The notes under the pieces are model-generated. The model saw only the letters and a program-made list of their open reading frames with translations, searched no databases and was not told the origin of the DNA. Shown here piece after piece: positions 49,701-60,819 of a DNA stretch of 64,000 nt (its first letter is position 1; every line of letters starts with the position of its first letter). Source of the DNA: Eledone cirrhosa (taxonomy: Eukaryota); contig OZ024764.1 of NCBI GenBank assembly GCA_964016885.1, positions 682,001 to 746,000 on the forward strand, written 5' to 3'. The translations under genes and the position numbers were made by a program.

Positions 49701-52700
49701 TGAGGTGGATGTTGTCGTGAATGGATGTGGACGGGATAGCGCATGACTGCGTGATGGTGGTGGTGATGTTTGTGTTGTGGTTGGTGGTGGTGGTGTTTGT
49801 GTTGTGGTTGGTGGTGTCTGTATTTTGTTTGCTGTGTGTGGTATTAGTGTATTTTTTGGAGGTGGGTGGTGTTGGTGTACTGTTTGTGGTGGGTGTGGGC
49901 AATAGTCCTTTTTGGAGGATACGTTTCGAGCATTTAGCCTTAACATGTCCCCTTTCCGTGCATAAATAGCATGCTGGTCTTCTCCCCTCTACAATTATAT
50001 CTATTGGGGTGAGGTCATCCAGCCAGATGCGATCCGGGATTTGTGCCACTCTTTCGGGCCTCATTTGGACTAGTAGGTCGAGGCCCATTCCCAGGAACGC
50101 ATCTCCAGATGCCTTCCCCATTGACAGCACTGTGTCCTCGCCCATGTCTATGAAGCTAGCAATAGCCCACCAGAAGTCCATTGTGGGCAGCATTGTCTGT
50201 ATTTTTACTCTCTGTGTTCTTCTACCCATGTAGGAGGGATAGAAGCTGTATGTTGTTGATGAGAGTGGGCTTAGGGAAAGCTTCTGCGCCGTTTCCTTGT
50301 CTTTTGTTAAGACCGAAATGCTGCCATAGAGTCGGTCCTTTCATATGAAGAGAATATTCTTCATATAGTCTTTTAGGACCAACTCTATCTCCATTTGGCT
50401 GGGCTGTGCTGGCTTTCTTGTCTGGTTCAGTATAGTTCTGAAGAGAACTGTGTTCTCTGTTCTTTCTTTCTTGAATTCTGGGGGGGGGGGGGGGGGGGGG
50501 TTTATGGGCAGTTAACCTTAACGTGTCCCCTTTCCGTGCATAAATAGCATGCTGGTCTTCTCCCCTCTACAATTATATCTATTGCTTAGTTAAAAATACC
50601 TGGGTGCTGGCAGCAGATGGATCTCCTCACCATGGGAGGCCGCTTCTTCCAGAGGAACTGGAAGAGCATGCGCTCCATGATGGTGAGCGTTTCCTTGGGG
50701 CAAGGCACGACGGTCAGGCGGTAGTAGATGACGGACGCTATGTAAGTGTTCGTCACCTCCGCCTGACCTTTCAGTGATAGTTTGCACTTGGCCCACTTCT
50801 GGGTCAGCGCAAACACCCTGCTCGTCACCTCGCCCCAATTCTTCTCCACCTGGAGGTCCGGTCTGAGCAGCTTCACCGAGCCCTTCGTCCACCGCCCGAC
50901 GACACCGTCTAACGGCATCGGTTTGCCCCTCCACGTTCCGAGTTGCAAACCGACTGACTTGTCCCGGTTCAGCCTAGCCCCCGTCAGCCTTTCGTATTCC
51001 TCCAGTAGGGTGGCGATCGCCCCGATTTCCGAGGCGTCCGCCACCATTACTGTTACGTCGTCGGCATAGGCCGAGACCGCTTTGTGCAACCCGGTTCCAG
51101 GGGTATGCCCCGCAGCAACTCCAACTTCCGCAGCAGTGGTTCGAGAGCTAATACGTACAGAAGGGAGGAGAGGGGGCACCCCTGCCTGATGGACCGGGTG
51201 ATTTGAAACGGCTCCGAGAGGTAGCCGTTTACTTTAACCCTAGAGCAGGCGTTGCCACTGTGCATGGCAGAAATCCAGCCCCTGAAAACGGGTCCGAAGC
51301 CCGCCGCCACTAGCACCACATCCAGGTAACCATGGTCGACCCTATCGAACGCCTTAGATTGATCCAAGTTGATCAGGGCCCCACCAAAGCCGGGTTCGTT
51401 CCCAACCCTCTCTATGATGTATCGCATGAGGTGGATGTTGTCGTGAATGGATCTGGACGGGATAGCGCATGACTGCGTGATGGTGGTGGTGATGTTTGTG
51501 TTGTGGTTGGCGGTGGTGGTGTTTGTGTTGTGCTTGTGGTTGGTGGTGGTGGTGTTTGTGTTGTGCTTGTGGTTGGTGGTGTCTATTTTGTTTGCTGTGT
51601 GTGGTATTAGTGTATTTTTTGGAGGTGGGTGGTGTTGGTGTACTGTTTGTGGTGGGTGTGGGCAATAGTCCTTTTTGGAGGATACGTTTCGAGCAGTTAG
51701 CCTTAACATGTCCCCTCTCCATGCATAAATAGCATGCTGGTCTTCTCCCCTCTACAATTATATCTATTGGGGTGAGGTCATCCAGCCAGATGCGATCCGG
51801 GATTTGTGCCACTCTTTCGGGCCTCATTTGGACTAGTAGGTCGAGGCCCATTCCCAGGAACGCATCTCCAGATGCCTTCCCCATTGACAGCACTGTGTCC
51901 TCGCCCATGTCTATGAAGCTAGCAATAGCCCACCAGAAGTCCATTGTGGGCAGCATTGTCTGTATTTTTACTCTCTGTGTTCTTCTACCCATGTAGGAGG
52001 GATAGAAGCTGTATGTTGTTGATGAGAGTGGGCTTCGGGAAAGCTCCTGCGCCGTTTCCTTGTCTTTTGTTAAGACCGAAATGCTGCCATAGAGTCGGTC
52101 CTTTCTTATGAAGAGAATATTCTTCATATAGTCTTTTAGGACCAACTCTATCTCCATTTGGCTGGGCTGTGCTGGCTTTCTTGTTTGGTTTAATATTGTT
52201 CTGAAGAGAACTGTGCTCTCTGTTCTCGCTTTCTTGAATTCTGGGGGGAGTTAATGGAAAACATTCCGTTCTCCCCCAAGACAATGTGTTTTTTTGCTTC
52301 GGCCAGTTTTTCTCTGGCGGCAGTTAAGTCTATTGGTGTATATGTTATGGACTGTTTTGTTTTCTGGGCGAACGTTGCCTTGTTGTTATTTGTGTTCTTA
52401 TTTTCTGTTTGTTTGTTTTCTGTTTGCTCGTTTTCCGTAACATTTGTTTTTTCATTTTCCTTGTTTGTTTCGTTGTCTAGTTTTGTTGTATCTATTTCTT
52501 TTTGTTCTTCAGACTTGGGGGGCGTGGCAGAGCTAATGGCAGACATGTCTGCCATCTTTTCCGCCATGCTGCCAAGAAAGAGATTTTACAGCAAAATAGA
52601 TATTTATTTTACCCCCTAAAAAGGGGGTAAATGTAAAAATGTTTCCCTAAATAACAGGGGTAAGTGTTTCAAATATGTTGCACTGAAAAAATTCTCTGGT

Positions 52701-52768
52701 ACTTACTATAGTAAGGGTAAATTCCGATGGAATAGCGGAGCCGATGTGAAGCGTGTCTTACTCTATCA
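46716..52768 (-). mobile_element. Tx1 element rearranged into three ~1.72-kb tandem units (ORF1 C-half fused to RT core), with 5' UTR at the right end
   Basis: ORF ends at 47144, 48859 and 50586 (spacing 1715 and 1727). ORF1 N-terminus 52190-52567; 5' UTR 52568-52768. Confidence 0.93.
47144..48514 (-). CDS. 456-aa chimeric ORF: Tx1 ORF1 C-half (CCHC knuckle) fused in frame to RT core; second open copy at 48859-50229
   Basis: CYLCTERGHVKANC, then a Thr/Asn linker, then QSCAIP, LDQSKAFDRVDH, RQGCPLS, AYADDVTV, LSLKGR. No endonuclease. Expression unknown. Confidence 0.5.
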   Translation of the reverse strand: MGRRTQRVKIQTMLPTMDFWWAIASFIDMGEDTVLSMGKASGDAFLGMGLDLLVQMRPERVAQIPDRIWLDDLTPIDIIVEGRRPACYLCTERGHVKANCSKRILQKGLLPTPTTNSTPTPPTSKKYTNTTHSKQNTDTTNHNTNTTTTNHNTNITTTITQSCAIPSTSIHDNIHLMRYIIERVGNEPGFGGALINLDQSKAFDRVDHGYLDVVLVAAGFGPVFRGWISAMHSGNACSRVKVNGYLSELFQITRSIRQGCPLSSLLYVLALEPLLRKLELLRGIPLEPGLHKAVSAYADDVTVMVADASEIGAIATLLEEYERLTGARLNRDKSVGLQLGTWRGKPMPLDGVVGRWTKGSVKLLRPDLQVEKNWGEVTSRVFALTQKWAKCKLSLKGRAEVTNTYIASVIYYRLTVVPCPKETLTIMERMLFQFLWKKRPPMVRRSICCQHPGIFN

Positions 52769-52831
52769 AGATAGACAGACAGACAGACAGAAAGTTAGAT
52801 AGACATCAAGATAGATAGACAGACAGATAGA

Positions 52832-52867
<36 letters not shown>

Positions 52868-53137
52868 AAGTTAGATAGACAGACAGACAGACAGAAAGTT
52901 AGATAGACAGACAGACAGATAGAAAATTAGATAGACAGACAGACAGACAGAAAGTTAGATAGACAGATAGACAGACAGACAGAAAGTTAGATAGACAGAC
53001 AGAAAGTTAGATAGACAGACAGAAAGTTAGATAGACATCAAGATTGATAGATAGACAGACAGAAAGTTAGATAGACATCAAGATAGATAGATAGACAGAC
53101 AGACAGAAAGTTAGACAGACAGACAGATAGATAGATA
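52769..53137. repeat. Compound (GACA)n/(GATA)n microsatellite with recurring GAAAGTTA interruption
   Basis: Repeats of gacagacagaaagttagata and gacatcaagata. The same motif occurs at ~30554, 33646, 38212, 41994, 54478-54673 and 55139-55260. Confidence 0.95.
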
Positions 53138-54477
53138 TATTTCTTTATTTACCATAAAGGCATAAAAAGAAGGGACAAATACAAAGGGGGAGTTTACATA
53201 CAATCGAGTAAAAAGGGTATAAAATGAAAATAATCGAAAATAACCGCAAAAGGGAGGTGATGTGATGGGGGTTGCACACACCCCCGAAAAAGTGTGCAAT
53301 CCTTTACTTCTTTACTTACAGGATGGTATACAGAGAAGGCCCATTTACACGAGCCATTCTCGCTACTATCACCCACCTTTCATAAAACTGCCGGTGGCCA
53401 AGCACCTCTCTCTCCATTCTTATCCTTCTTCCGAAGTGATATCGGAAGAAGTAGACCAGACTATGGCCAGAGAGGAAGTTGCCTGACCTCAGACCTCATT
53501 CAGCCAGATGCGATCCGGGATTTGTGCCACTCTTTCGGGCCTCATTTGGACTAGTAGGTCGAGGCCCATTCCCAGAAACGCATCTCCAGATGCCTTCCCC
53601 ATTGACAGCACTGTGTCCTCGCCCATGTCTATGAAGCTAGCAATAGCCCACCAGAAGTCCATTGTGGACAGCATTGTTTGACTCTGTGTTCTTCTACCCA
53701 TGTAGGAGGGATAGATGCTGTATGTTGTTGATGAGAGTGGGCTTAGGGAAAGCTTCTGCGCCGTTTCCTTGTCTTTTGTTAAGACCGAAATGCTGCCATA
53801 GAGTAGGTCCTTTCTTATGAAGAGAATATTCTTCATATAGTCTTTTAGGACCCACTCTATCTCCATTTGGCTGGGCTGTGCTGGCTTTCTTGTTTGGTTT
53901 AATATTGTTCTGAAGAGAACTGTGCTCTCTGTTCTCGCTTTCTTGAATTCTGGGGGGAGTTAATGGAAAACATTCCGTTCTCCCCCAAGACAATGTGTTT
54001 TTTTGCTTCGGCCAGTTTTTCTCTGGCGGCAGTTAAGTCTATTGGTGTATATGTTATGGACTGTTTTGTTTTCTGGGCGAACGTTGCCTTGTTGTTATTT
54101 GTGTTCTTATTTTCTGTTTGTTTGTTTTCCGTTTGCTCGTTTTTCGTAACATTTGTTTTTTCATTTTCCTTGTTTGTTTCGTTGTCTAGTTTTGTTGTAT
54201 CTATTTCTTTTTGTTCTTCAGACTTGGGGGGCGTGGCAGAGCTAATGGCAGACATGTCTGCCATCTTTTCCGCCATGCTGCCAAGAAAGAGATTTTACAG
54301 CAAAATAGATATTTATTTTACCCCCTAAAAAGGGGGTAAATGTAAAAATGTTTCCCTAAATAACAGGGGTAAGTGTTTCAAATATGTTGCACTGAAAAAA
54401 TTCTCTGGTACTTACTATAGTAAGGGTAAATTCCGATGGAATAGCGGAGCCGATGTGAAGCGTGTCTTACTCTATCA
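53138..54477 (-). mobile_element. Tx1 both-ends deletion derivative (5' UTR + ORF1 N-half joined to last ~360 bp)
   Basis: 53497-54477 duplicates ~51778-52768 (offset 1709). The 3' piece matches 54674-55033. Confidence 0.9.
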
Positions 54478-54572
54478 AGATAGACAGACAGACAGACAGA
54501 AAGTTAGATAGACAGACAGAAAGTTAGACAGACAGACAGACAGAAAGTTAGACAGACAGACAGACAGAAAGT

Positions 54573-54604
<32 letters not shown>

Positions 54605-54673
54605 AAGTTAGACAGACAGACAGAAAGTTAGATAGACATCAAGATAGATAGATAGACAGACAGATAGATAGAT

Positions 54674-55138
54674 ATATTTCTCTATTTACCATAAAGGCAT
54701 AAAAAGAAGGGACAAATACAAAGGGGGAGTTTACATACAATCGAGTAAAAAGGGTATAAAATGAAAATAATCGAAAATAACCGCAAAAGGGAGGGGACGT
54801 GATGGGGGTTGCACACACGCCCGAAAAAGTGTGCACTCCTTTACTTCTTTACTTACAGGATGGTATACAGAGAAGGCCCATTTACACGAGCCATTCTCGC
54901 TACTATCACCCACCTTTCATAAAACTGCCGGTGGCCAAGCACCTCTCTCTCCATTCTTATCCTTCTTCCGAAGTGATATCGGAAGAAGTAGACCAGACTA
55001 TGGCCAGAGAGGAAGTTGCCTGACCTCAGACCTTTCAATCGTGTCCACCAAACAACCTCTTTCAACATGGCTATTACGCACAGAAAAACCGCCTTTGCTT
55101 CCTTTGTGAAGAGGGGAGGCGGTTTGATTGTCATCACG
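54674..55138 (-). mobile_element. 5'-truncated Tx1 copy flanked on both sides by GATA/GACA microsatellite
   Basis: TIKPPPLFTKEAKAVFLCVIAM...FYERW plus 3' UTR. The truncation point runs directly into (GACA)n. Confidence 0.9.
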
Positions 55139-55260
55139 GACAGACAGACAGACAGAAAGTTAGATAGACAGACAGACAGAAAGTTAGATAGACAGAAAGT
55201 TAGACAGACAGACAGACAGAAAGTTAGATAGACAGCTAGATAGATAGACAGACAGACAGA

Positions 55261-58200
55261 TTTCTGTTTATTTGCCACTAGGGCACAAAAGAAAGGGAGA
55301 TGTACATGGGGGAAGGGGGTGTTTACATATAAATCGAGTAAGAAAAATGTAAGAAAAATAAAATTGTAACAAGGTCCTCAAATAGGAGGGGTCGTTTTGG
55401 GGTCACACACACCCCCGAAAAAAAATGTGTGACCCTTCTCCACGGGAGCACAAAGAGAGGGTGCTCCCTTCCTTTTCCACCTACAGGCTGAGGTAGAGAG
55501 AAGGCCCATTCACACGGGCCATTCTCGCAACTTTCACCCACCTTTCATAAAACTGGCCTGAGTGCAGCACCTCTCTCTCCATCTTGATCCTTCTTCCGAA
55601 ATGGTATCGGAAGAAAAGGACCAGTTGTTGGCCGGAGAGAAAGGTGTCCGACTTCAGCCCTTCAACCGCGTCCACCATACAACTTCTTTTACCATGGCTA
55701 CTACACAGAGGAAAACCACCTCTCCTTCATTTTTGAAGGGGGGAGCCGGTTTGATGGTAACAATGGACTCAGTGGTCAACCGGATTGGTCCCACCCACGA
55801 CAGCAGTCATTCTGCATAGCCCCACAGGTCTGCAACTCCCAAGCAGTGTACCAATGCGTACTCGACGGTTTCTTCGTCACACACGCATCTGGGACAGATT
55901 TTTTTCGTGGGGTTCCTACCCGGGCGCCCGTGCCTGTAGAGCTTGTCTCAAACGGGCAGAGCCCCACGGTAGCACTGCCAGGCCAGGGACCTCTGCAAGT
56001 TGTCCATCGGTCCCGGGCCAAATGTCCTACCGAACAGGCAGGCCAGTTCTTCCTCCTCCATGTCTAGGGGTTCTCCGAGGGCGTCGTCGCACCTGCTGCT
56101 GACGAACCCTCTATAGAATGTCGAGGTGGAGTCCCCACTGATCGCTGGGTCCGCCTGCCGGAGAGCCGTGGGCGCCTGAGCACACCGTGTGTGCCAGGCG
56201 CCCAGTTTTCTCGGTCTTTGCTTGACCCAGGATTGCAGCTCGGTAAGCGAGACGAGTCTCGGAAAGGCTCGCCTTACAAACGGGGCCCACACCAGTTGAC
56301 CGGTGAGGAATATCTGGAGGTGCCGTAGCCTTAATGCGTGTTTACACATCAGCAGCCACGGCATCCCCAGCCCTCCTTTCGAAGGGTGTTGACAGCAGAT
56401 GGATCTCCTCACCAAAGGAATTGGAAGAGTGAGCGTTTCTTTGGGCAAGGCACGACGGTCAGGCGGTAGTAGATGACGGACGCTATATAAGCATTCGCCA
56501 CCTCCGCCCGACCTTTCAGGGATAGTTTGCACTCGGCCCACTTCTGGGTCAGCACAAACACCCTGTTCGATACCTCACCCCAGTTCTTCTCCACCTGGCG
56601 GTCTGGCCTGAACCAGACCTCAAGCAACTTCACCGGGCCCTCCGTCCAACGCCGTCTGAGGCCATCGGTTTGCCCCTCCACTAGCTGAGTTGCAGAGCGA
56701 CTGACTGGTTCCGGTTCAACTTAGCCCCTGTCGATCTTTCGTATTCCTCCAGTAAGGTGCCGATCACTCCGATTTCCGAAGCAGTCGACACCATTACTGT
56801 CACGTCATCGGCGGAGGCCGATACAGCTTCCCGCAATCCCGGTTCCAAAGGGATGCCATGTAACAACTCCAACTTCCGCAGCAGTGGCTCTAGGGCCAAT
56901 ACATACAGAAGGGAGAAGAGAGGGCATCCTTGTCGGATGGACCGCGTGATTTGGAACGGCTCCGAGAGGTAGCCGTTTACCTTGACCCATGAGCAGATGT
57001 TGCTGCTGTGCATAGCAGCAATCCAGCCACTGAAAACGGGTCCAAAGCCTGCTGCTGCGAGCACCGCATCCAGGTAACCATGGTCGACCCTATCGAATGC
57101 CTTAGATTGATCAGGGCCCCACTCCCTACCTTCTTTACGATATATCACATGAGGTGGAGTTTTCGTGTATGGACCTGGACGGGATTGCGCATGTCTGCAC
57201 TTCTCACACCAGGTTCCCGGCGACAAGCACTACACCTTGGCCAAAATCTTTAACTCTGCGTTTAACAGAGTTATGGGCCTGAAGTTACCTATATGGTCCC
57301 CCTTGTTTTCGTCCTTCCTCACTAGCAAGACTATGCCCTTGGTCTCAGAACTGGGAATTCTCCCGTTCTGTTGCCAGTTGCAGTAGACCGCCTCGTGGAG
57401 ATCGGAGAACAAGTTGGCATAGCTACGTAAAGTTCGTATGGTAGACCATCAAGACCCGGAGATTTCCGTTTGCCGCATTGGCTCAGCGCGTCCCCTATTT
57501 CAGCGGCTGAAATCGGCCTTGCGCAGGACTCGCCTCCCCGTCCGAGAGACGCGGAAATCCATAGTCTCTCCCAGCGCGCTGCCCCTCCCGAACAGTCGTG
57601 CAAAGCCCCGCTGAGAGGCCGCACACATCTGCTCCGGTTCAAGGATCACACGTCCGTCTTGGTCCTTCAAAGACCGAATCGTGGACTTGTTTCCACTTTT
57701 TGCCTCTGTCACTCGTTTCCAGCTAACAGCTTTGGCTCCTTCGTTTCCTTGAGCACGTGTTTTACTCCTGACAACGCAGCCCCCGTGCTTCGCGTCAAAG
57801 AACTGGTCTAAGGCCGTTCTTGACGCTCTCGTCAACTGTTGCTTAACTAATGTGCTAATTCGACTACTGTACCCTTTGCTTGTTGGTAACGACAAGTTCA
57901 GCTTCCCGTAGCCGGGTCCCTGTCTCTGGGTTCTATCAAGGTTGATTATGCAGGTCACTAATTTGTGATCTGAATAGTCAGCCATGAAAATTTGTGGACA
58001 GCTTAACATGTCCCTATCCTTATTTCTAACTAGAAACCTATCTAGGTACGATCTAGATGTTCCGCTACGGTTGGTCCACGTCCACAGTGGCACAGTCCGT
58101 ATCTATCGGCCAGTTCAAATCGGCCGATTAACTGTTTGAGGCTGTTACCTCAATTACTTACCTCTTCGTCTCCTGGGGACCAGGCTGCACAATTTCTATG

Positions 58201-59018
58201 GGGGTGTTGGAAGGGTTGTTTGGTGGGGTGGGGGACATCAGTGTGTGGTGGGGAAACATTTCAATAGGACGTGGTTAAATGGTTTGGTGCTGGAGGACCC
58301 CACATTCAGGTTCTTTTTCAGTGATACATAGGTATCCATTGGGACCCTAATCATCTTTAGGTGTGGTTTGCCCGCTGCGTGGGTGAAAGTGATCCCTTCA
58401 GTTTCCACCGAAAGGTTATTGTCTATTGCTTTCATCAAAGTTTTATTGTTCTTGTTAATGTATGTATAGTGTTTTTGTTTGTTGTTCTTGTGTGTGTTTG
58501 CATTTTGTTGTATGTGTTTTGTTTTCGGGAGGGGTGATTTTTGTTTGGTCTGTTTGTTCTGTTTGTGTGTTTGTTTCGTTTTTGTTCATGTGGTGTCTCC
58601 TTTTTTTTCTTTTCACGGGTTGGAAGGGTTCCCCCTCATCGCCACTGGGTGACATTGAAAGGGGGTTCTCGTCCGTGTTGTATGGAAGGGGTATATTTTT
58701 GGGTTCTGTTGTCTGTGTGCTTTTGTATTTGTTTTGGGTAGGACGATGTTTTGTGTTGTTTTTTCTTGTTGTTTTTGTTGTTGTGCGTGGCTCCGTGAGA
58801 TATAGTAATGGCGTCCATTACTACTGGCAAATTCGTCAACACATTTTTACAATGAAAATTTCACCCCAAAAAGTGGCGAAAATTATTAACCCCAATGTCT
58901 GCAGTCTCAGGTGAGGGGTTAAATTAAATAATTAAAACAAATTTAACAATAAACTCAGAATTATTTGTGTAAATACCCACAATACTCGAGGAGCGAAGTA
59001 AACCACGTCTATTGTCAC
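55261..59018 (-). mobile_element. Tx1 element with both ends and most of ORF2 (several deletions and frameshifts)
   Basis: 5' UTR 58820-59018; ORF1 remnants 58150-58820; APE C-end (SYLDRFLV, SDHKL); RT (KSPGLDG, NFRPITLLNAELKILAK, QSKAFDRVDH, RQGCPL, SADD replacing YADD); CTD; 3' UTR. Confidence 0.93.
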
Positions 59019-59030
59019 CAAGATAGATAG

Positions 59031-60800
59031 ATGTATTGTTTTATTAGCCACAAGGGGACAAATACAAATGGGGAGTTTACATACAGGTATATGAAAATAA
59101 AACTATTAATACAATAACAAATAACAATTGATATCCCCAATAGGGGGGAGGCGTTACACAGGGGTTGTACACACCCTGAAAAAATGTACAACCCTCATCT
59201 GCAGGAGCACCAAGAGTGAGTACTCCCTTCCTCTCTTCCTCAACCTACAGGTTTATATAGAGAGAAGGCCCAACCATTCGGGCCATCTTTGCCTCATTCA
59301 CCCACCTTTTATAAAATTTGGTGGGGGAGGGGTGTCTGGGGTGGAGGTGGTGGGGAAAAATTACAAAAGGACGCGATTGATGGGTCTAGTACAGGAGTTC
59401 CCCACGTCCTCGGGGAAGTTCTGTTTGAGCATTGCGTAGGTGTCCCTTGGGACCCTAATCATTTTTAAATGCGGTTTAGTCGCCGAGTTGGGGGCATTTA
59501 GAAGGGGACAGGAAGTCTTCAGGTGACCACTTCTTGAACAGTGGTAGCATGAAGGCCACCTGCCCTTGACAAATGTTTATGAAGGCAACTCCATCCAGGG
59601 ACACACGCTGTGGTATTCTTGCTATCTGTTCTGGTCTCATTTGGACCAGAACTTCAAGGCTATTGCCGCCGAATATGCCCCCGGTGGATTCACCTATCAA
59701 AAGGATTGTCCCCTCATCGTCTAAGAACCCCGTTAGCACCCACCAAATGCTCGCATCTGGCCTGATGCCCGAGATTCTTATTTTCTGAGTTCTTTTCCCC
59801 AAATATGTGGGGGAAAAGGTGTATGATTTGGATACAATTGGCGATACAGAGTATTTCCATGCCACCAATTGATCTTTCATTAGCACAGTTATGCTTCCAT
59901 ACAGTTTCCCGTTCTGTATGAAAGCGATATCCTTCCAGGCACTACTTAGGACCAGCTCAATTTCGCTTTCAGATAATTGAGCCGGTTTCCTAGTTGCGTT
60001 GGAAATTGTTCTAAAGATTAAAGTTCTGAGGACTGTTTCCCTTCTAATTTCTTCGGGGGAGGTAATTGTGAATTCCCCACCTTCCCCAAAAGTTACACAA
60101 TTTCTTGCCTCCTTCATCAACTCCCTGGCATTCGAGATGTCCAGTGCCTTGTAAGTCTGTGTCTCTCGGAGCGCCTGTGCGAAAGAGACTCCAGTCGTGG
60201 GTCCGCTCTCTTTCGTGTTGTTGTTCTAGTTGTCACTGATGTTGATATTATTCGTATTTTCCTTGGTGTTGGTGTTGTTGTCTTTGATGCTGGTATTATT
60301 GGTGTCATTTGTGTCGTTTGGATTTGAATTTGTTTTTACAATTTGATTTCGTCTTTCCATCTCCATAGTGTCTTTTTCATGTGTATGCATGTTAATCGGT
60401 TTAATTCCTGTGTTTTCATGTGAGTTAGTGTTATTCTACTCTGCTTCGATGGTAGAAATTTTAAAATCTTCAAGTGGTAATATATTTTCCTCTTTGTTGA
60501 CAGTTGTATCTATGGCAACGTCCATAGTAGCAGAAGCAGATATAACATTAATATCTGCTTCTTTCTCTATTGACGTTCTCCAGCGTTCTTGTGTTGCTCA
60601 AGTTATATAATTGGCAAAATTTGATATTTTAAAACAATCTTTAAAATAAAATTTTCGCCCCTAAAGGGCCAAAAAATGGGATTGCCACCCAGCCAGCTTG
60701 GGGGTTAATCTACAAAGTAATATGTTTTTTCAAACAATTTGTTCTATTTTTCGTATATAGATTTACAAAAAATCTTACCGGCGATGATTCACCCGTCAGA
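59031..60800 (-). mobile_element. Tx1 both-ends derivative: 5' UTR + ORF1 joined to 3' UTR
   Basis: ORF 59476-60120 (VTFGEGGEFTITSP...FSPTYLGKRTQKIRI). The 3' UTR 59031-59320 closely resembles 16562-16880. Confidence 0.9.
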
Positions 60801-60819
60801 CAGAAAGAGAGATACAAGA

